Shown here: one piece after another, positions 1 through 9,492 of the stretch
Layout: the number at the start of each line of letters is the position of its first letter
Position numbering within the stretch: position 1 is the first letter of the stretch
NCBI GenBank assembly: GCA_963703285.1
Contig: OY969807.1
Coordinates: 1,344,001-1,408,000, forward strand
DNA length: 64,000 nt
Source: an uncultured Nitrososphaerota archaeon
GTDB taxonomy: Archaea > Thermoproteota > Nitrososphaeria > Nitrososphaerales > Gagatemarchaeaceae
Reading direction: 5' to 3'
Translations under genes and position numbers: made by a program
The notes under the pieces: generated by a model
Told to the model about the DNA's origin: nothing
The model's input: the letters and a program-made list of their open reading frames with translations, nothing else
Database searches by the model: none

Positions 1-1802
1 TTCTTCTCGACCTTGCTCGTCTCGAGTATGCCCTCCCTGCTGCCCTCGCGGTAGACGGTTATCCCCTTGCAGCCCAGCTTCCACGCGAGCAGGTAGATGT
101 TCTCGACCTCTCCGGTGGAGATGTCCTGGGGAAGGTTCACCGTGCTCGAGATCGCGGTGTCGATGTGCTTCTGGATGGCTGCCTGCATCCTGACCCTCAT
201 CTCGGGCTTGATCTGGTGCGAGGTGACGAAGTACGAGGGCAGGTTCCTCTCGTCCGTGATCCTGTGGACCTGCATGTAGTCCTTTACGAGCGGATGGTAG
301 ACCTTGAACTCGCCCTCGCTGAGCGACTTGCTCCTCCTCGTGTAGGAGAGGGCGAAGACGGGCTCGACTCCGCTGGAGCACGCGGCGAGTATCGACCCGG
401 ACCCAACCGGGGGCACGGTGGTGACCGCGCAGTTCCTTATGCCCTGGCTCCTTATCTTCTCCTTGACCTTCGAGTCCAGTCTCTGGATGAAGGGTTGGGC
501 GAGGTGCTTCCCGGCGTCGAAGGCCGGGGCCGGACCCTTCTCCACGGCGAGGTCGGTCGAGTAGTCGTAGATGACGTTCTTGATCCTCTCGAAGAGCTTG
601 TCCACGAACTCCACCGTCGATTCATCGTCGTACTTCAGGCCGAGCTTGATGAGCATGTCCCCGAGGCCCGTTATCCCCACCCCGATCCTCCTGCTCCAGA
701 GAGAGGCCTGGCGCTGCTGTGGGAGGGGGTGGCGGTCTGCGTTGTAGTCCAGGACGTTGTCGAGGAACCTCGTCGCGTACTGTGAGGCCTTCACGAGCCC
801 GTCCCAGTCGATGCTGGCGCGCTCGGTGAAGGCTTCCTTGACGAAGTAGCTGAGGTTTACCGACCCGAGGCAGCAGCAGCCGTAGTTCTCGAGGGTCTGC
901 TCGCTGCAGGGGTTCACGCCCTGGACCTCCATGTTGTTGTACTCGGTCGTGGAGTCCCTCTTGATGGTGTCCCAGAAGAGGAGACCCGGCTCGTCGCTCT
1001 GCCACGCCGCCTTCACGAGCTGGTTCCAGATGCTCCTCGCCTTCACTGTCTTCCGGAAGTCCTTGATGCGCTCGTTTTCGAACCGGAGCTCGAAGTCGCC
1101 GTCTGACTCGACGGCCCTCATGAACTCGTCGGTGATCTTGATGGATATGTTCGCGTAGTTTACCTTCTTGAGGTCCTTCTTTACGTTGATGAAGTCGAAG
1201 ACGTCGGGGTGGTCGACCCTTATCGTGATCATCAGGGCGCCCCTCCTCCCCGCCTGGCCGATCGTCCCCGTGGTCGTGGAGAGCAGCTCCATGAACGAGA
1301 CGGAGCCCGTGCTGTATATCGCCGAGTTGTTCACGGGGGACCCGCGCGGCCTGAGAATCGATATGTCGGTCCCGACGCCTCCCCCGAAGCTGTAGGTCCG
1401 CGCCGCCTCCTTGCACCAGTCGAAGATCGCCTCTATGGAGTCCTCCTTGATTCTGAAGAAATAGCAGTTGAGCAGGGTCGCCCTCCTCGGCTGCCCCGCG
1501 CCGAACATTATCCTTCCACCCGGTACGAACTTGAAGTCCTCCAGAAGCCAGTAGAACCTGTCGGTCCATTCCTGCCGCTTGTCGCCCACCTCGACCGAGG
1601 CCAGCTCGCGTGCCACCCTCAGCCAGAGTTTGTCAGGTGTCCTCTCCACCTGCTCCCCCTTGGCGTTCCTCAGAGCGTACTTTTCGTAGAACACCCTCGA
1701 CCTCAGCTCGTCCCCTCCGAAGGCGGCGAGCGTCTCCTCGGGCAGCGGAACCTCAGCCTTCATGGTCTTCTCTGTTTCTCCTTCTCTCTCGATTGCAGTC
1801 AT
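1..1802 (-). CDS. nrdJ: Adenosylcobalamin-dependent (class II) ribonucleotide reductase, 3'-partial (runs off window edge)
   Basis: Manual translation from ATG at 1802 (not in ORF track): FVPGGRIM, TLLNCYF, GGGVGTDIS-LRP, GRRGALM, EPGLLF, NPCSEQ (thiyl Cys/Glu finger loop), RRIGVGITGLGD, TTVPPVGSGS, AISSTVNLP, GCKGITVYREGSR. Minus-strand TATA-like TATATA at ~1847-1853. Confidence 0.93.
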   Translation of the reverse strand, partial: MTAIEREGETEKTMKAEVPLPEETLAAFGGDELRSRVFYEKYALRNAKGEQVERTPDKLWLRVARELASVEVGDKRQEWTDRFYWLLEDFKFVPGGRIMFGAGQPRRATLLNCYFFRIKEDSIEAIFDWCKEAARTYSFGGGVGTDISILRPRGSPVNNSAIYSTGSVSFMELLSTTTGTIGQAGRRGALMITIRVDHPDVFDFINVKKDLKKVNYANISIKITDEFMRAVESDGDFELRFENERIKDFRKTVKARSIWNQLVKAAWQSDEPGLLFWDTIKRDSTTEYNNMEVQGVNPCSEQTLENYGCCCLGSVNLSYFVKEAFTERASIDWDGLVKASQYATRFLDNVLDYNADRHPLPQQRQASLWSRRIGVGITGLGDMLIKLGLKYDDESTVEFVDKLFERIKNVIYDYSTDLAVEKGPAPAFDAGKHLAQPFIQRLDSKVKEKIRSQGIRNCAVTTVPPVGSGSILAACSSGVEPVFALSYTRRSKSLSEGEFKVYHPLVKDYMQVHRITDERNLPSYFVTSHQIKPEMRVRMQAAIQKHIDTAISSTVNLPQDISTGEVENIYLLAWKLGCKGITVYREGSREGILETSKVEK

Positions 1803-1938
1803 AATATCACGCTGAATGCGAATTGCGCACTTTCACCTGACGCGGGTATATATCTGTGCGAGGGAAGATTGAAGTTGACCCGTGGCACACTCTGCCCGCG
1901 GATTCGGGAGTCAGTGAGACGCTAGTGGGTAAACTAAT

Positions 1939-1955
1939 ATTGACTTGTAGTCAAT
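1939..1955. promoter_or_regulatory. Perfect 7-3-7 inverted repeat ATTGACT-TGT-AGTCAAT upstream of nrdJ (operator or hairpin)
   Basis: Directly visible in the AT-rich spacer between the NrdD-like gene stop (1971) and the nrdJ promoter. Confidence 0.45.
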
Positions 1956-1970
1956 CCAATTTGTCATAAT

Positions 1971-4056
1971 TCATTCGGCTGTCGAGTACTGGGCCGTAGC
2001 CGTTGACCTGCACTTCTTGCAGCGCCCGGTGTTGGGAGGAAGCTTCGCGCCGCAGTTCCTGCAGAAGGAGACCGTACGGTGGACCCTGAAGAACGGGATG
2101 CTCCCCAAGGAGGCCTGCATCATCTGGTAGGTGCCCCGCAGGTCCGCCGCCGATGCGTCAAGGATCACCGCGAAGCCCCCGGTGAGGCCGGCGGAGAGCT
2201 TCTTCAGGTACTCGACCTTCTCGGGATTCTGGAGGTCCTCGGGGGTAAGCTTCGGCGACAGGGAGTAGGCCTGCCTGCCCCCCGCCTGGAGGGCGGCCTT
2301 CCCGTACTTCTCCGCGTCGAGGGCGAACAGCCTCTGGGCGCCCTCCTCCTCGATTATCGCGACGCCCAGCCTCTCGTTCCTGCCGGACTTCTCGGAGGCG
2401 ACCTGCGTGGCCGTCTGAAGGATCTTGTCGGCGATGGAGCCCTTGACGGCGAGCGAGGGGTCCTTGGTCAGGTTCGAGAGTGCCTCCTCGAGACCCACGA
2501 GGTTCATTATCAGCGGCATGGCGTCCGAGCTCAGCCCCTCCGATCCGAAGCTGAGGGTCGGCAGGAGGCCCTTCTTCATTACGCGCTCCAGGACGGTCCG
2601 CCTGGTCGTGCAGCGCGTCGGAGGCGACGCCGATCAGCATCGCCAGCTTCGCCCTGAAGTAGGTCTCGTCCTGGTTCGAGTCGTAGGAGAGCCGCGGCAG
2701 GTTCAGGCTGAGGTTGTGCAGCACGCTGATGTGGTCTCCCTGGAACTCGGGCGGTAGGACGTCAGGGTTCACCCCCAGGAAGCTCCTCTTCTGGCCCGAC
2801 TGGAAGAACGCTATCCTTCCCCCGGCGTAGACTATCGACGCCGCATCCTTCAGGAACCTGCTGTCATCCTCCCTGAGCTTGGCGAGGACCAGCCTGACGC
2901 CTGGTCTGGGGACCTGCTCGACGAGCGCCCGATACGAGTCGAGCGTCGCGTCGAGGACCCTCTCGACCACCTCTCTCCCGGATTCGTCCTTGACGTAGGG
3001 GTCGAGCTCCAGGGAGATCATCGGCCTCTGGGACGCCGGGAACTGGGAGGAGGCCTGCGCGAGGAACCCGAATATCGAGGTCACGACCTCGTGCTTCGTC
3101 TTGGAACGAGCGAAGGGCGCGAGGTACTGGACGAAGTTCCTGTAGACTATCTCGACGGAGGCTTCCCTCCTGATGAGGGAGGTGATGTTGGCGATGATCG
3201 TCATGGCGCTCTCGAGGGACTCGGGGCTCGGTATCATGGGGGCGTATGGGAGCCTGCCCTTGGGGTTGAACCCGGACGCCCGCACGGAGAGTAGGTCGAC
3301 GAATATCGTGTCCGGCGTGAGCCCCCAGCTACCCGCATCGGCGATGTGGATGTCGCCGGCAAGGTGCGCGTCGGCGACGTCCCTGGGTATCTGCTCGAGG
3401 AGGAGGTACTCCGAGAAGACGGACTTGCCCGTCTGGTGGAGCAGCGACTCGACGTCGCTCCCGTCGTCGCCCGCCTTCCCGAGCAGCTGTGTGACGTCGT
3501 AGACCGGCAGCCCGAGGCGCGTCAGCTTGTGCCGGTACTCCTCGAGGTTGTGCTCGACGAGGAGCGAGTTGACCATCTCCCTGATCAGGGGCGCGGTCAG
3601 GTACTGCGTCTGGAACTTGTACAGCCTAGACTCGGTCTCGCTGGTGATCCTCTGGGCGAGCTCCACCGGCATCCCCGCCTCCTTGACGAGGGACTGCAGG
3701 ATCTTGTCCGCGTTGAACTCCTCCATCGCCTGCCTGGTGGTCCTCACATACAGCTTCCCGGACTCGACCAGCGACTGCTCCTCGATCTGCCGTGTGAGGT
3801 TGAGGACGAGGCGACCCAGGTTGGTCACCGTGTACTTCCTCTCCTGCCTGTTTAGCTGGATCAGGAGCTGCCTGACCAGCTTCCTGAGGTGGTAGGCAAA
3901 CTTCCCGGACTCCTTCTTGGACTTGAACCCCGCAAGCGTCTTCAGCGCGCTGTAGGTGAGCGGACCCTTGACGTTGAGGATCTTCAGGATCTCCAGCCGC
4001 TGCGGTGATGCGATGACGCTGTAGATTGTCTTGACCCTGCGAGGTGCTGCTTGCAA
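1971..4056 (-). CDS. wHTH (ArsR-like) + ATP-cone + catalytically degenerate NrdD-like fold + C-terminal Zn ribbon; one +1 frameshift near 2610
   Basis: ORFs 2158..4077 and 1971..2579 join if one base is removed near 2610 (SDAL/TTRRTVLERVMKKG). N-term SPQRLEILKILN..YHLRKL wHTH; VRTTRQAMEEFNADKILQSL ATP-cone; AHLAGDIHIAD, RSFLGV, SLNLPRL NrdD motifs; CRNC..CKKC ribbon. Start placed at TTG 4056, ~26 nt from TATA-like TTTAATA (4081-4087). Confidence 0.8.
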
Positions 4057-4236
4057 CGCACCTGTGCTCTGGGTCAAATGTATTAAACCATATCAGGAAA
4101 GAACGGACGGACCGGAGCCGGATGGCGCTCGAACGTCAGACGGACTTCCGGGCACCCGGTTCGGACGGGCGCGCGGGCAATCGTGACCGGACAGCCCGCG
4201 GACCTGACCCCTCGCGAGAGGCCCGCTGCCTGCGAA

Positions 4237-4449
4237 CTACCTCCCGTCGTGCGATTCCTTCTCTTCGGCTACATAGAGAATCGCGTGCAGCGGCACCACG
4301 ACGCGGTGCTGCACGTCGTCCTTCCCGCGCTGCCATCCCTGGTAGCTCGGCGTCGTCGAGACGACCGTGCGACCGGAAGTGATGTACTCCCAGTGGGCGC
4401 CCTCGAGCGAAACATTGTGGCCGTTGATCAGATAGACCGTGGCGTTCAT
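4237..4449 (-). CDS. Small 70-aa protein, possible Sm/Hfq-like fold
   Basis: ATG start with upstream GGGGGA; TVYLING and VVVPLHAILYV resemble Hfq Sm1/Sm2 motifs. Confidence 0.5.
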   Translation of the reverse strand: MNATVYLINGHNVSLEGAHWEYITSGRTVVSTTPSYQGWQRGKDDVQHRVVVPLHAILYVAEEKESHDGR

Positions 4450-4519
4450 CTAGCATCCCCCGGCACTCTAGCGAGGCTCCCTCTGCTAAGGAAGCTCATT
4501 ACACTGCACTACAGTGTGC

Positions 4520-4855
4520 TCACCGCTTTACAGCGGCGAGCGCGGCCCCCAGGCGCGCCGCTTCGGCCTCGGTCACGCATTCGTAGGGCCACCTCAGCCT
4601 ACTGGCCGGCCACCGCCATCCCTTGTCCACGGCCATGTTGGGATGCTTCTTCAGCGTCATGAAGGGCAGTACCTGCCTGGAGAAGAGGCGGTCAATCCTC
4701 TCACCGAGCTTCAGTCCTTCCACCGTGTCGCTCAGGCAGAGCTCGTACCATCTCTGGGCGCCAAGGAGGGCGTAGCCTATGGATTCGTCAGGTCTGATCG
4801 GAAGGAGGGTGGTCGCCCTGTTGCCTCGGATGTCCGTGGATCGAAGCGGCGTCAG
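4520..4855 (-). pseudogene. Internally deleted remnant of a dihydrodipicolinate-synthase (DapA)-family aldolase
   Basis: Open frame upstream of ORF 4520..4723 reads PLRSTDIRGNRATTLLPIRPDESIGY (DHDPS-like N-terminus) fused directly to GAQRWYEL...AVDK...RLRWPY (C-terminus); the barrel core is missing. Confidence 0.5.
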
Positions 4856-6909
4856 GGAATCTCAGGAACGGGCGCAGTTTCAGCACCTGGCATGGGTTCC
4901 GTCGGCTCGGTCTCGCTGAGGGTGTGGGTCCTGCTGCCTTTGAAAGGCGTGAATGCCCTGCCTCCTCCTTGAAGGTACTTTGAGAAATGCTCGACAAAGA
5001 TCAACCTCGCGCCCTGTATCCCTGGCTCGAGTATCCCAAGTACAAGGTTGAAGGCGTGCCCAGCGACGAGAAGCACAATTCCGCCTATGGCGTAGCCGAC
5101 ACCGCCGAGGAGGAGGCCCGGCGCGGCGGCCGAGCCCACGGCTTCCTTGTCGATTACGTATGCCAGCACGAACGAGGCTAGGAGTATCCCGAGCAACCTC
5201 GTGTATGAGATTATGTGGCTGACGATGGAGGGCAGCTCTACGAGCGATTGTGGCCCTTCGCCGTAGCCGATCATCCCTAGTCCCGCTACTACCAAGCCGA
5301 TGTAGACCCCTCCAAGAGGGTTAGAGGTGGGATCTACGTTGCCATGATGCAGGACCGTCAATCCGATGAGGGCAATTCCCCAAGCCTCGAACAGCCACCC
5401 CAGTTTGCCCACGATGTGCCTCCTTTCCTGCATCCAGTACCCGTTGAGCATGCCCAGGACCAACCCGAACGAGACCATGAAGAGACCGATGTATCCCGAG
5501 TAGAGGAGCAGCGTCTTCAGTCCACTGGTCGAGATCGGGTCGAGGAACGTCCCGTCCGAGGGGAGTTTGGTGTGCAGGTTGGAGTTGAGGAACGAGAACA
5601 GGTACTGGTTCAGCTGGAACCCAAAGTATGCGTTCAGAAGGAAGCCCATCACGATTCCCACGATGGAGCCTAGAATCATCGCCTTGGCGAGCTTCTTGAA
5701 CTGAGGAGGCTTGAGGATCTTCGAGGCGAAGGACCGTAGCATCGCGGGGACTACCGTCCTTCCCTCCGGGTTGTTGACCCTCCTGATAATCCAGATGGAA
5801 ATCAGCAGAATCGATACGCCATATCCGACGTCCCCAAGCATCAACCCGAAGAATATCGGGAAGGCCATGGCGAAAATTATGGACGGGTCGACCTCGTTCG
5901 ACTGAGGCATGGTGTAGAACCGGATGAACGACTCGAAGAACCTCAGCCTCTTCGGGTTCTCCATCAGGGTAGGCGGCTTGCCGTCACGGTCTATCGTGAA
6001 GAAGATCGTTGAGCCGGCGTAGCGCGTGAGAATCTCCTGGATTGCCGAGAACCGCCGGCTTGGCACCCACCCCTCCAAGACGAACACGTTGTCTGTGAAA
6101 CCGAAGTTGCTCAGAATCTCGAGTTTTTTGGCTTCTATCGAGAGCTGCTCCTCCACGGTGGAGATGATGCCATAGTGCTTCCCGGAGAGCGCGCTGAGTT
6201 GAGTGTTAATCGCCGCAAGCTCAGCCTCCTTGAGCCTCTTCTCCTCGCTGAGCTCCGCGAGCACGTCAGCCTGCTTGCCCTTCATCGGAGGAATCGTCTG
6301 CAGGCGTAGGTCGTTCTTCTGAACGATCGAGCCGAACTCCTCGAGGTCAGCCTTCGGCACCACGACGACCGCACGGACCGGGTCGGTGCCCGAAGAGTAT
6401 GGGATGACGCCCTGTATCGGGCCCAGGCTGGTGAGGAGCTGCTGGTACGACTTTGCCGGGAGCAGACCGAAGAACGAGGTCGCGCTCTCCAGGTCCAGGA
6501 TGCCGACGTCTCCGTTGATGAACGAGAGATTTGTGACGAGCTCCATCCTGCTCCTGATTGCATCGAGCCGCAGGGTGAGTTGGTCCTGGGCCTGCTTGAG
6601 CCTGGAGACCTCGTCGTCAATCTCGATCAACTTGGAGGTCTTCATGACATCGGCGAAGGATCTGAACCTTCTCTTCTCATCGACTCGGGTCGGTGGGAGC
6701 GCGGCCTTCAGGGATCTGATTCTGAGAAGCTCTTTGGATACTCCCCTCGCGTCGTCGGCCTCGAGTTCCGACCTGAGATAGGACAGCGACGACTTGGAGA
6801 GAGGCTCGATCTGCATCGCACCGAGGTCGTAGAGTATGGAGACGACCTTCTGCCTCTCCTCGCGAACGCCCACCACCGCTATCTTTTCCATGCTGGCGGG
6901 CTTCAGCAA
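4852..6909 (-). CDS. atpI: A/V-type ATP synthase subunit I (a)
   Basis: 685 aa; LEGWVP, PPTLMENP, FPIFFGLMLGDVGYG, SHIISYTRL, IQGARLIFVEHFSK motifs; hydrophobic C-half. Confidence 0.96.
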   Translation of the reverse strand: MLKPASMEKIAVVGVREERQKVVSILYDLGAMQIEPLSKSSLSYLRSELEADDARGVSKELLRIRSLKAALPPTRVDEKRRFRSFADVMKTSKLIEIDDEVSRLKQAQDQLTLRLDAIRSRMELVTNLSFINGDVGILDLESATSFFGLLPAKSYQQLLTSLGPIQGVIPYSSGTDPVRAVVVVPKADLEEFGSIVQKNDLRLQTIPPMKGKQADVLAELSEEKRLKEAELAAINTQLSALSGKHYGIISTVEEQLSIEAKKLEILSNFGFTDNVFVLEGWVPSRRFSAIQEILTRYAGSTIFFTIDRDGKPPTLMENPKRLRFFESFIRFYTMPQSNEVDPSIIFAMAFPIFFGLMLGDVGYGVSILLISIWIIRRVNNPEGRTVVPAMLRSFASKILKPPQFKKLAKAMILGSIVGIVMGFLLNAYFGFQLNQYLFSFLNSNLHTKLPSDGTFLDPISTSGLKTLLLYSGYIGLFMVSFGLVLGMLNGYWMQERRHIVGKLGWLFEAWGIALIGLTVLHHGNVDPTSNPLGGVYIGLVVAGLGMIGYGEGPQSLVELPSIVSHIISYTRLLGILLASFVLAYVIDKEAVGSAAAPGLLLGGVGYAIGGIVLLVAGHAFNLVLGILEPGIQGARLIFVEHFSKYLQGGGRAFTPFKGSRTHTLSETEPTEPMPGAETAPVPEIP

Positions 6910-6912
6910 CTG

Positions 6913-7251
6913 TCAGTCTCCCCTGAACTCGGACAGGAAGACTTCCTCGACGATCTTCCTGAGCTCCTCCTTCTCGAGCCTCTTCCCAGCGAGCTTCTCC
7001 ACGTCTCCCGCTGCCGACGATAGGAGCTTCTCGGCCTCGGCTTGGGCGGAGGTACGCGCAGCCTCAACGGCCCTGGCCTCGAGGGCCTCGGCCTCGGTCT
7101 TGGCTTCCTCGATGGAACGCGCAGACTCCTCCTCCTGTCTACTCAGCTCCTCTTCGAGTGCTCTCCTTCTCTCTGCGAGCTCTTTCGCTGTTGCAACCTC
7201 TGTCTCCTTGATCTTTCTCAGCGTTTCCTCATAGTCGACGGATGTGGCCAT
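6913..7251 (-). CDS. atpH: A/V-type ATP synthase subunit H/G (peripheral stalk)
   Basis: 112-aa E/K/A-rich coiled coil (LRKIKETE...) immediately upstream of atpI in the operon. Confidence 0.8.
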   Translation of the reverse strand: MATSVDYEETLRKIKETEVATAKELAERRRALEEELSRQEEESARSIEEAKTEAEALEARAVEAARTSAQAEAEKLLSSAAGDVEKLAGKRLEKEELRKIVEEVFLSEFRGD

Positions 7252-7255
7252 TATC

Positions 7256-7456
7256 TCAAATCATCCCCAGAATCAGCAGAAAGACCATCAGGACCGCGAT
7301 CACCTTTGCGATGTTGAAGGCGGTTAGCACCAGACGAAGCTTCCTCTGTTCCCTGTTGGGTGGACCAGGGCGAGAGTCCGGCTGCGGGGCGGCCTCCGGG
7401 AGATGGTTGCCGCCTGGCGCGCTTAGCCCCCGCTTCTGCGCGATCTCCTCAGCCAT
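7256..7456 (-). CDS. Small single-pass membrane protein embedded in the ATPase operon
   Basis: 66 aa, C-terminal hydrophobic helix; start overlaps the atpD stop, ends 4 nt before atpH. Confidence 0.6.
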   Translation of the reverse strand: MAEEIAQKRGLSAPGGNHLPEAAPQPDSRPGPPNREQRKLRLVLTAFNIAKVIAVLMVFLLILGMI

Positions 7457-8093
7457 GCTCCAGTTCCTTCCTCCTGGCCATCTTCCTCTTCACGTTCTTC
7501 AGCTTCGTGAAACTCTCCCTCTCCATCTCGTCGAACCTGAGTTTCATGTATCTCGCGTTCGCCTCCAACCTGGGAATGAGGACGTTCTCGATGGCGTTGG
7601 AGCGCCTCTTCGTCTTCTCTATCTCCGTCAGGAGCTTCCTCAGAGCGGTCTCTTTCTCGGCGACGTCTAGGACCATTCTGTGGACCTGCTGGAAGGCCTT
7701 GACTGACTGATTGATCGCGACCGGTACCTCCACTAGGTACTCCTGACCGGCGCCGCCGTAGGCTTCTGCCGTCAGCTCGGGTATTCTCACTCCCATGACG
7801 TTCTTGCTTCTCAGCGTCAGCTGGTGGATCCTTGGAATGCGCATGGATTCGTACTCCAGCCTCAGAGGGCCGACGAACATCTCAGCGTTGTGGATCCCCT
7901 CGTAGCCCTTTACGAGGCTCATCCGCAGGCCGCTCCTGAGGTTCGCCACGGTCTTGCTCATGTTGAAGAACTCGAGGATGAGGGCCGACCTCTTGAGCTT
8001 GAGCAGCTTGAGCCCCTTGCGGGACATCGCGATCCTGCGAACGGTTCGCAGGTATTCCATCCTCGTCGGCCGAATGTTGATCGCGACTGGCAG
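7449..8093 (-). CDS. atpD: A/V-type ATP synthase subunit D
   Basis: GLKLLKLKR, KNVMGVRIP, EIEKTKRRSNAIEN motifs. The conserved NIRPTRME lies upstream of the ATG at 8060, implying a CTG start at 8093. Confidence 0.93.
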   Translation of the reverse strand: MPVAINIRPTRMEYLRTVRRIAMSRKGLKLLKLKRSALILEFFNMSKTVANLRSGLRMSLVKGYEGIHNAEMFVGPLRLEYESMRIPRIHQLTLRSKNVMGVRIPELTAEAYGGAGQEYLVEVPVAINQSVKAFQQVHRMVLDVAEKETALRKLLTEIEKTKRRSNAIENVLIPRLEANARYMKLRFDEMERESFTKLKNVKRKMARRKELEHG

Positions 8094-8106
8094 TGTCTAT
8101 CGCCGC

Positions 8107-9492
8107 CTATTTCGGAGCCTCTCTTCTCCGGTACTTCTCGATCAGTTCCGGCTTAATCCTCTTGATCTCGGAATCAGAGAGCGGGGCTATGACCTCCCAG
8201 CCGAGGTCGAGCGTCTGCTCGATGCTCCTATCCTCGTTCAGTCCCTGTCTTACGAACATCTTCTCGAACCTTTCGGCGACATTCAGGAACTTTCTGTCCG
8301 TCTCGCTGAGCGCCTCCTCGCCGACGATGGCGGAGAGGGCGCGGACGTCCTTCCCCTGCGCATATGAAGCGTACAGCTGGTCGGCAACCCCCCGGTGGTC
8401 CTCGCGGGTCCTGTTCGGTCCGATCCCCTGATTCATCAGCCTTGAGAGGCTCTCCAGGACGTCGATGGGCGGGTAGACGCCGCTCCTGTCGAGGTCCCTG
8501 CTCACGTAGATCTGGCCCTCCGTGATGTAGCCGGTCAGGTCCGGAATCGGATGGGTCTTGTCGTCAGCTGGCATGGTCAGGATGGGAATCTGGGTGATGG
8601 AGCCCCTCCTGCCCTTGATCTTGCCCGCTCTCTCGTATATCGTGGCGAGGTCGGTGTACATGTAGCCGGGGTATCCTCGTCTCCCCGGGACTTCACTGCG
8701 CGCCGCCGAGATTTCTCTCAGCGCCTCGCAATAGTTGGTCATGTCCGTGAGGATGACGAGCACGTGGGACTCTGTCTCATAGGCCAGGTACTCAGCGGTC
8801 GTGAGGGCGAGCCTCGGCGTGAGTATCCTCTCCATCGCAGGGTCGGAGGAGAGGTTGAGGAACAGGGCCGTTCGCTGGAGCGCGCCCGTCTCCTCGAACT
8901 GGCGTATGAAGAAGTTGGCCTCCTCGCTGGTGATGCCCATCGCTGCGAAGACCACAGAGAAGTTCTCGGAAGAGCTCAGGACCTTGGCCTGCCGCGCTAT
9001 TTGCGCGGCGAGGACGTTGTGGGGGAGCCCGGACGCGGAGAAGAGCGGCAGCTTCTGTCCCCTGACCAGGGTGTTCATACCGTCTATGCTCGAGATTCCG
9101 GTCTGGATGAATTCTGACGGCTCCTCCCTGCTGTAGGGGTTTATCCCGGACCCGACGATCTCGACCTTGTGCTTTGAGACGATGCCTGGGCCGCCGTCGC
9201 GCGGATTTCCCAGCCCGTCGAAGGTCCTCCCCAGCATCTCGTCGGAGACGGAGATTCGCGCCGTCTCGCCGAGGAAACGGACCGACGTACCCAGGGTGCT
9301 CAGTCCCAGGGTCTCTCCGAAGACCTGGATCACCGCCAGACCTGCGCTAGAATCGAGCACCTGCCCCCTGACCCTCTCGCCAAGAGAGTTCGTCACCTCG
9401 ACCATCTCACCATAGGATGCGTGCTGTACCTTCTCCACGAACAGGAGTGGTCCTGCGACCTGCGAGACCGTCTTGTAGGAGATCGGTTCCAT
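8107..9492 (-). CDS. atpB: A/V-type ATP synthase subunit B
   Basis: [59 protein letters not shown]. Confidence 0.98.
   Translation of the reverse strand: MEPISYKTVSQVAGPLLFVEKVQHASYGEMVEVTNSLGERVRGQVLDSSAGLAVIQVFGETLGLSTLGTSVRFLGETARISVSDEMLGRTFDGLGNPRDGGPGIVSKHKVEIVGSGINPYSREEPSEFIQTGISSIDGMNTLVRGQKLPLFSASGLPHNVLAAQIARQAKVLSSSENFSVVFAAMGITSEEANFFIRQFEETGALQRTALFLNLSSDPAMERILTPRLALTTAEYLAYETESHVLVILTDMTNYCEALREISAARSEVPGRRGYPGYMYTDLATIYERAGKIKGRRGSITQIPILTMPADDKTHPIPDLTGYITEGQIYVSRDLDRSGVYPPIDVLESLSRLMNQGIGPNRTREDHRGVADQLYASYAQGKDVRALSAIVGEEALSETDRKFLNVAERFEKMFVRQGLNEDRSIEQTLDLGWEVIAPLSDSEIKRIKPELIEKYRRREAPK

Noticed and set aside
165-1925. Long ORFs 165..785, 622..1569, 1209..1925
   Set aside because: Shadow frames of nrdJ caused by high GC; the true frame is absent from the track because it runs off the edge.
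4501-4517. Palindrome ACACTG-N5-CAGTGT
   Set aside because: Single short instance; chance or a simple terminator cannot be excluded.
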